Part shown: positions 54,036 through 56,713 of the stretch, piece after piece | How positions within the stretch are numbered: the stretch's first letter is position 1 | Layout: each line of letters starts with the position of its first letter | From: Defluviitaleaceae bacterium | Lineage (GTDB): Bacteria; Bacillota; Clostridia; Lachnospirales; WRAX01 | Assembly (NCBI GenBank): GCA_009780485.1 | Contig: WQZZ01000001.1 | Coordinates: forward strand, 1 to 56,713 | Reading direction: 5' to 3' | Length of the DNA stretch: 56,713 nt | The notes under the pieces: model-generated | Database searches by the model: none | Seen by the model: the letters and a program-made list of their open reading frames with translations, nothing else | Told to the model about the DNA's origin: nothing | Position numbers and translations under genes: made by a program

Positions 54036-54221
54036 TTGACAAATAGACCTATGAGATGTTAGAATTATCTCAGGTCTAATGGCAGACTTGTATCATTGCC
54101 TGTCTGGGAATTCATTTGGTGTGATTATGCCAGACAGGCAACTTTTATACAAGTCTCTAACTAAGGAATATAAAGGGAATGACCCTAATTACATTTTACA
54201 GGTTGGTTTTATGTTTGTCAA
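54036..54221. ncRNA. orphan copy (D) of the AbrB-leader module: face-to-face promoters and nested hairpins, no downstream ORF
   Basis: Plus strand: TTGACA (54036..54041)-18-TAGAAT (54060..54065). Minus strand: TTGACA (rc 54216..54221)-17-TAAAAT (rc 54193..54198). Stem 54085-54092/54147-54154 plus an inner stem. Aligns along its length with the reverse complement of 15168..15370. Confidence 0.55.
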
Positions 54222-54262
54222 CACTTTTTTGAAGTTTTTTTGTTGAGTGACGCTGAATACAC

Positions 54263-54300
54263 AAAACAATGCCTACGCAACCAAGCGTAGGCATTGTTTT
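54263..54300. terminator. bidirectional terminator AAAACAATGCCTACGC / GCGTAGGCATTGTTTT
   Basis: 16-bp stem between module D and the convergent small gene. Confidence 0.75.
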
Positions 54301-54329
54301 TAATGTTTTCAATTCATTATGAAATCTTT

Positions 54330-54599
54330 CTAGACATTTACAGAAACTTCCTCTACATCTATGAATTCTTCCACAACTTCTAAGAGTTGTTTAGGTGACA
54401 ATTGTTGTTCTGTAAACTTTTTCGCCAAATTATGTACAAATACTGAATTTACGCTAATATCTAGCACTTGTTGGGCAACTTCACCATTGACAAGGGCTTG
54501 TAAACCGTACGTTCTTGCTGGTTCTCCACATTCTTTAATCACCTCTTGAAAGACCACATTATACACAACTGCCGTGTTCACTTTTTGTTCAATTGTCAT
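54330..54599 (-). CDS. hypothetical acidic 89-aa protein downstream of sigF
   Basis: Start trimmed to the ATG at 54599, after AAGGAGG. No motif recognised. Confidence 0.5.
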   Translation of the reverse strand: MTIEQKVNTAVVYNVVFQEVIKECGEPARTYGLQALVNGEVAQQVLDISVNSVFVHNLAKKFTEQQLSPKQLLEVVEEFIDVEEVSVNV

Positions 54600-54624
54600 T
54601 CCATTTTCCTCCTTAGTTGGATAA

Positions 54625-55380
54625 TCATTGTGATAACTTATCACGCAATGTTTTTAAGACCCGCTTTTCAATGCGGCTTACCTGCACTTGGCTCACACCA
54701 ATGGCCTGTGCAATTTGACTCTGTGTTTTGTCTTGAAAGTACCTCATTACAATAACCTGACGTTCTCTAGCGTCCAATTGACTGATAATTTCACGTAGGG
54801 CAATCTTATCAATCATTCTTTCGCTCTGGTCTTCTCCCATCACCTCCAATTTGTCTAGCAAATACACTGGTCCGCCATCGCCCTGATGTACAACAGCGTG
54901 TAGGCTTTCCACATCGCTTGCTGCATCCATTGCGTGGGCAAGTTCTTCCACGTCAATTTCTAGGGCTTTGGCAATTTCGGCAACACTCGGCACTTTTCCA
55001 GTGGACTGTTGTAAACTTTCTTGAATATATCTTGCCTTAATGGCAAGTTCTTTTAAGGGGCGACTGACTTTTATCATCCCGTCGTCCCGTAAAAACCGCT
55101 TAATTTCGCCCATTATCATGGGTACGGCATAGGTAGAGAATTTTACGCCAAAACTTATGTCAAATTTATCAATGCACTTCATCAGTCCTATTGCACCTAT
55201 TTGAAACAGGTCTTCCAGCTCGTAGCCACGTCCTGCAAAACGCTTAACCACAGACCAGACCAAGCCTGTATTTTCAGTAACCAAGGTGTCCCTTGCCAAA
55301 CTGTCGCCGTTTTGGCTGGCGGCTATTAGCTCCAATGTCCTGTCGTGGGTTCTGTCTAAGGTTTTTTCCATTGGGTTCAC
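54625..55380 (-). CDS. sigF: sporulation sigma factor SigF
   Basis: Sigma-70 regions 2-4: LVWSVV.RF, DLFQIG.IGL.K..D.F, and a Q.ISQVQVSR HTH. Position after spoIIAB. Confidence 0.93.
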   Translation of the reverse strand: MNPMEKTLDRTHDRTLELIAASQNGDSLARDTLVTENTGLVWSVVKRFAGRGYELEDLFQIGAIGLMKCIDKFDISFGVKFSTYAVPMIMGEIKRFLRDDGMIKVSRPLKELAIKARYIQESLQQSTGKVPSVAEIAKALEIDVEELAHAMDAASDVESLHAVVHQGDGGPVYLLDKLEVMGEDQSERMIDKIALREIISQLDARERQVIVMRYFQDKTQSQIAQAIGVSQVQVSRIEKRVLKTLRDKLSQ

Positions 55381-55383
55381 TCC

Positions 55384-55809
55384 TTAGACCATTTTTTTGT
55401 GCATCTTGACAATTGTCCCGCTTGGGCTGGACTGGACTTGTAAGTCGTCCATGAACTCTGACATTACCGTGAAACCCATGCCCGACCGCTCCTCGTCTGG
55501 TTTGCTTGTGTATAGAGGTTCGAGGGCTTGTTCTATATTTGGTATGCCTCTACCAAAATCTTCAACTTCTATGTAAATTTCACGGTTTGTGGTTAAATGG
55601 CAACGCATGGTTACAAAGCAATCTGTTTCTACGCCCTCATAGCCGTGTATCATGGCGTTTGTGACGGCTTCGCTTACAGCGGTTTTGATTTCGTTTATCT
55701 CCGCCACAGTGGGGTCTAGCTGGCTGGCAAAGGCGGCGGCTGTTGCCCTTGCGAAGGATTGGTTTTCGCTAATGGCGAGGAAGGTTAGGTTCATTTGGTT
55801 CTCTGTCAT
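55384..55809 (-). CDS. spoIIAB: anti-sigma F factor (serine kinase) SpoIIAB
   Basis: 141 aa. E.V.NA..H N-box and DFGRGI, SGMGF G-boxes. Confidence 0.93.
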   Translation of the reverse strand: MTENQMNLTFLAISENQSFARATAAAFASQLDPTVAEINEIKTAVSEAVTNAMIHGYEGVETDCFVTMRCHLTTNREIYIEVEDFGRGIPNIEQALEPLYTSKPDEERSGMGFTVMSEFMDDLQVQSSPSGTIVKMHKKMV

Positions 55810-55812
55810 GGT

Positions 55813-56160
55813 TTACATTCCCCTCCCGCTCTCGCTTTCAATTTCATCAATGCCTGCAAAACAAGGGATTATTTTACGCAAGCCCGAAATGTCAAAAATT
55901 CTGCTTATCTCTGGACCGATGTTTATGGCAAAGACCCGCCCGCCTGTTTTTTGTAGCTCTTTGTAGCGTCCAATTACCATGCCTATGCCAGAGCTGTCCA
56001 TGAAGCCCACATGGGCAAAATCGAAAACAATGTTTTTGGCGGTGCTTTCTGAAAATTCATCTTCAAGGCTTTTTCGTATCTTGTCGGCGGTGTGATGGTC
56101 AATCTCACCTCTTATCTTGGCGATTAAATTTCCGTTTCGTTCTACAAATTGTATGTCCAA
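55813..56160 (-). CDS. spoIIAA: anti-sigma F factor antagonist SpoIIAA (STAS domain)
   Basis: TTG start 6 nt after GGAGGAG. GE.D..TA and the phosphorylatable FMDSSG motif. Confidence 0.92.
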   Translation of the reverse strand: MDIQFVERNGNLIAKIRGEIDHHTADKIRKSLEDEFSESTAKNIVFDFAHVGFMDSSGIGMVIGRYKELQKTGGRVFAINIGPEISRIFDISGLRKIIPCFAGIDEIESESGRGM

Positions 56161-56253
56161 AATCGCTCCTCCTTGGCAATATTAGTGGCTTGTACACTCC
56201 ACCCTATTCAATCTTAATTACTGATATTGTAAGTTATAACATAAATTCTCAGA

Positions 56254-56713
56254 CAATGCAAGCACTTTTTGTAATTTTTTTCAACTTTTTTCGGAGATTT
56301 TGAAATATGCTCTGTCAGTAGCAATTATGTGGGTATATAAATTGGTGAAATTTGTAGTTAGAAATATTTTCTGATTGCTTATTTTAATTATTAACTTAAA
56401 GTACACTTGGGTTACATTTTCCATTATAGCATATAATTTTATAATTGCAAGCATTATTTTTTATTTTTCCACCTTTTTTAGTATTTTGTGATTTTTAGCG
56501 ACAATAATATACATGAAACGATAATAGGGGCCGTGAAATTTATACCCAGTAGTTTGTTTAGATATTAACAATTATAGCAAATATTCCCACGATTGCAAGT
56601 ACTATTTCATATTTTTTTCATTTATCTGGTATTCTTGGAATTTATACTGGCAATAATATACACGAGACGATTAGAGGGGTGTATAAATTGGGAAAATTCG
56701 TGATTGAGAACAA
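56254..56713 (+). repeat. three tandem degenerate copies (about 190, 147 and more than 123 bp) of an AT-rich promoter/5'-leader module
   Basis: Each unit starts (C/A)A(T)TGCAAG(C/T)A. Each ends with a G-rich RBS-like box plus (T/G)TG..AAATT. Only the third unit continues as an open frame (MGKFVIEN...) to the window edge. Confidence 0.6.

Noticed and set aside
1-56713. CRISPR arrays, tRNA/rRNA genes, transposases, integrases, a RAYT for the REP family, reverse transcriptase, and phage genes.
   Set aside because: None was recognised. The REP copies are dispersed singles or pairs rather than a repeat-spacer array. The tandem units at 56254..56713 are long, degenerate and AT-rich. No ORF shows DDE, tyrosine- or serine-recombinase, HUH or RT motifs.

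Overview
This is a 56.7-kb chromosomal segment from an endospore-forming Firmicute, probably Clostridia-like. That placement rests on spoIIAA-spoIIAB-sigF, the tmk-darA-yaaR-holB-ricT block and a single-chain purL. I call about 60 protein-coding genes, mostly housekeeping: glyQS, an M16 peptidase, pdp, recJ, apt, prs, glgP, purL, rsmI, arcC, tmk, holB, folC and sigF. All product calls come from motif and architecture recognition by eye; no database search was possible. I recognised no rRNA, tRNA, CRISPR array, transposase, integrase or reverse transcriptase.

Five things are not explained by ordinary gene content:
1. A tightly coupled 12-gene minus-strand operon (28032..36845), plus a divergent BFD-like gene. 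It combines sulfur/selenium-relay proteins, an ABC importer with two binding proteins, an ArsP-like permease, a thioredoxin-fold protein and a double-cubane-type dehydratase-family reductase with its ATPase activase. Vicinal Cys-Cys motifs recur across unrelated products. The block is bracketed by two diverged copies of the rsmI 3' end.
2. A roughly 180-nt two-hairpin leader module with face-to-face near-consensus promoters, present three times. Two copies sit in front of AbrB-family genes and one is an orphan. Compensatory stem changes between copies support a real structure.
3. A candidate type I toxin-antitoxin-like pair: a 37-aa hydrophobic/basic peptide and a convergent antisense RNA.
4. 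A dispersed REP-like palindromic repeat family with at least 12 copies and covarying stem variants.
5. Smaller regulatory oddities: a duplicated promoter, an unassigned attenuator leader, a leader-peptide/alternative-hairpin switch before a GNAT gene, and a triplicated promoter/5' module at the right edge.
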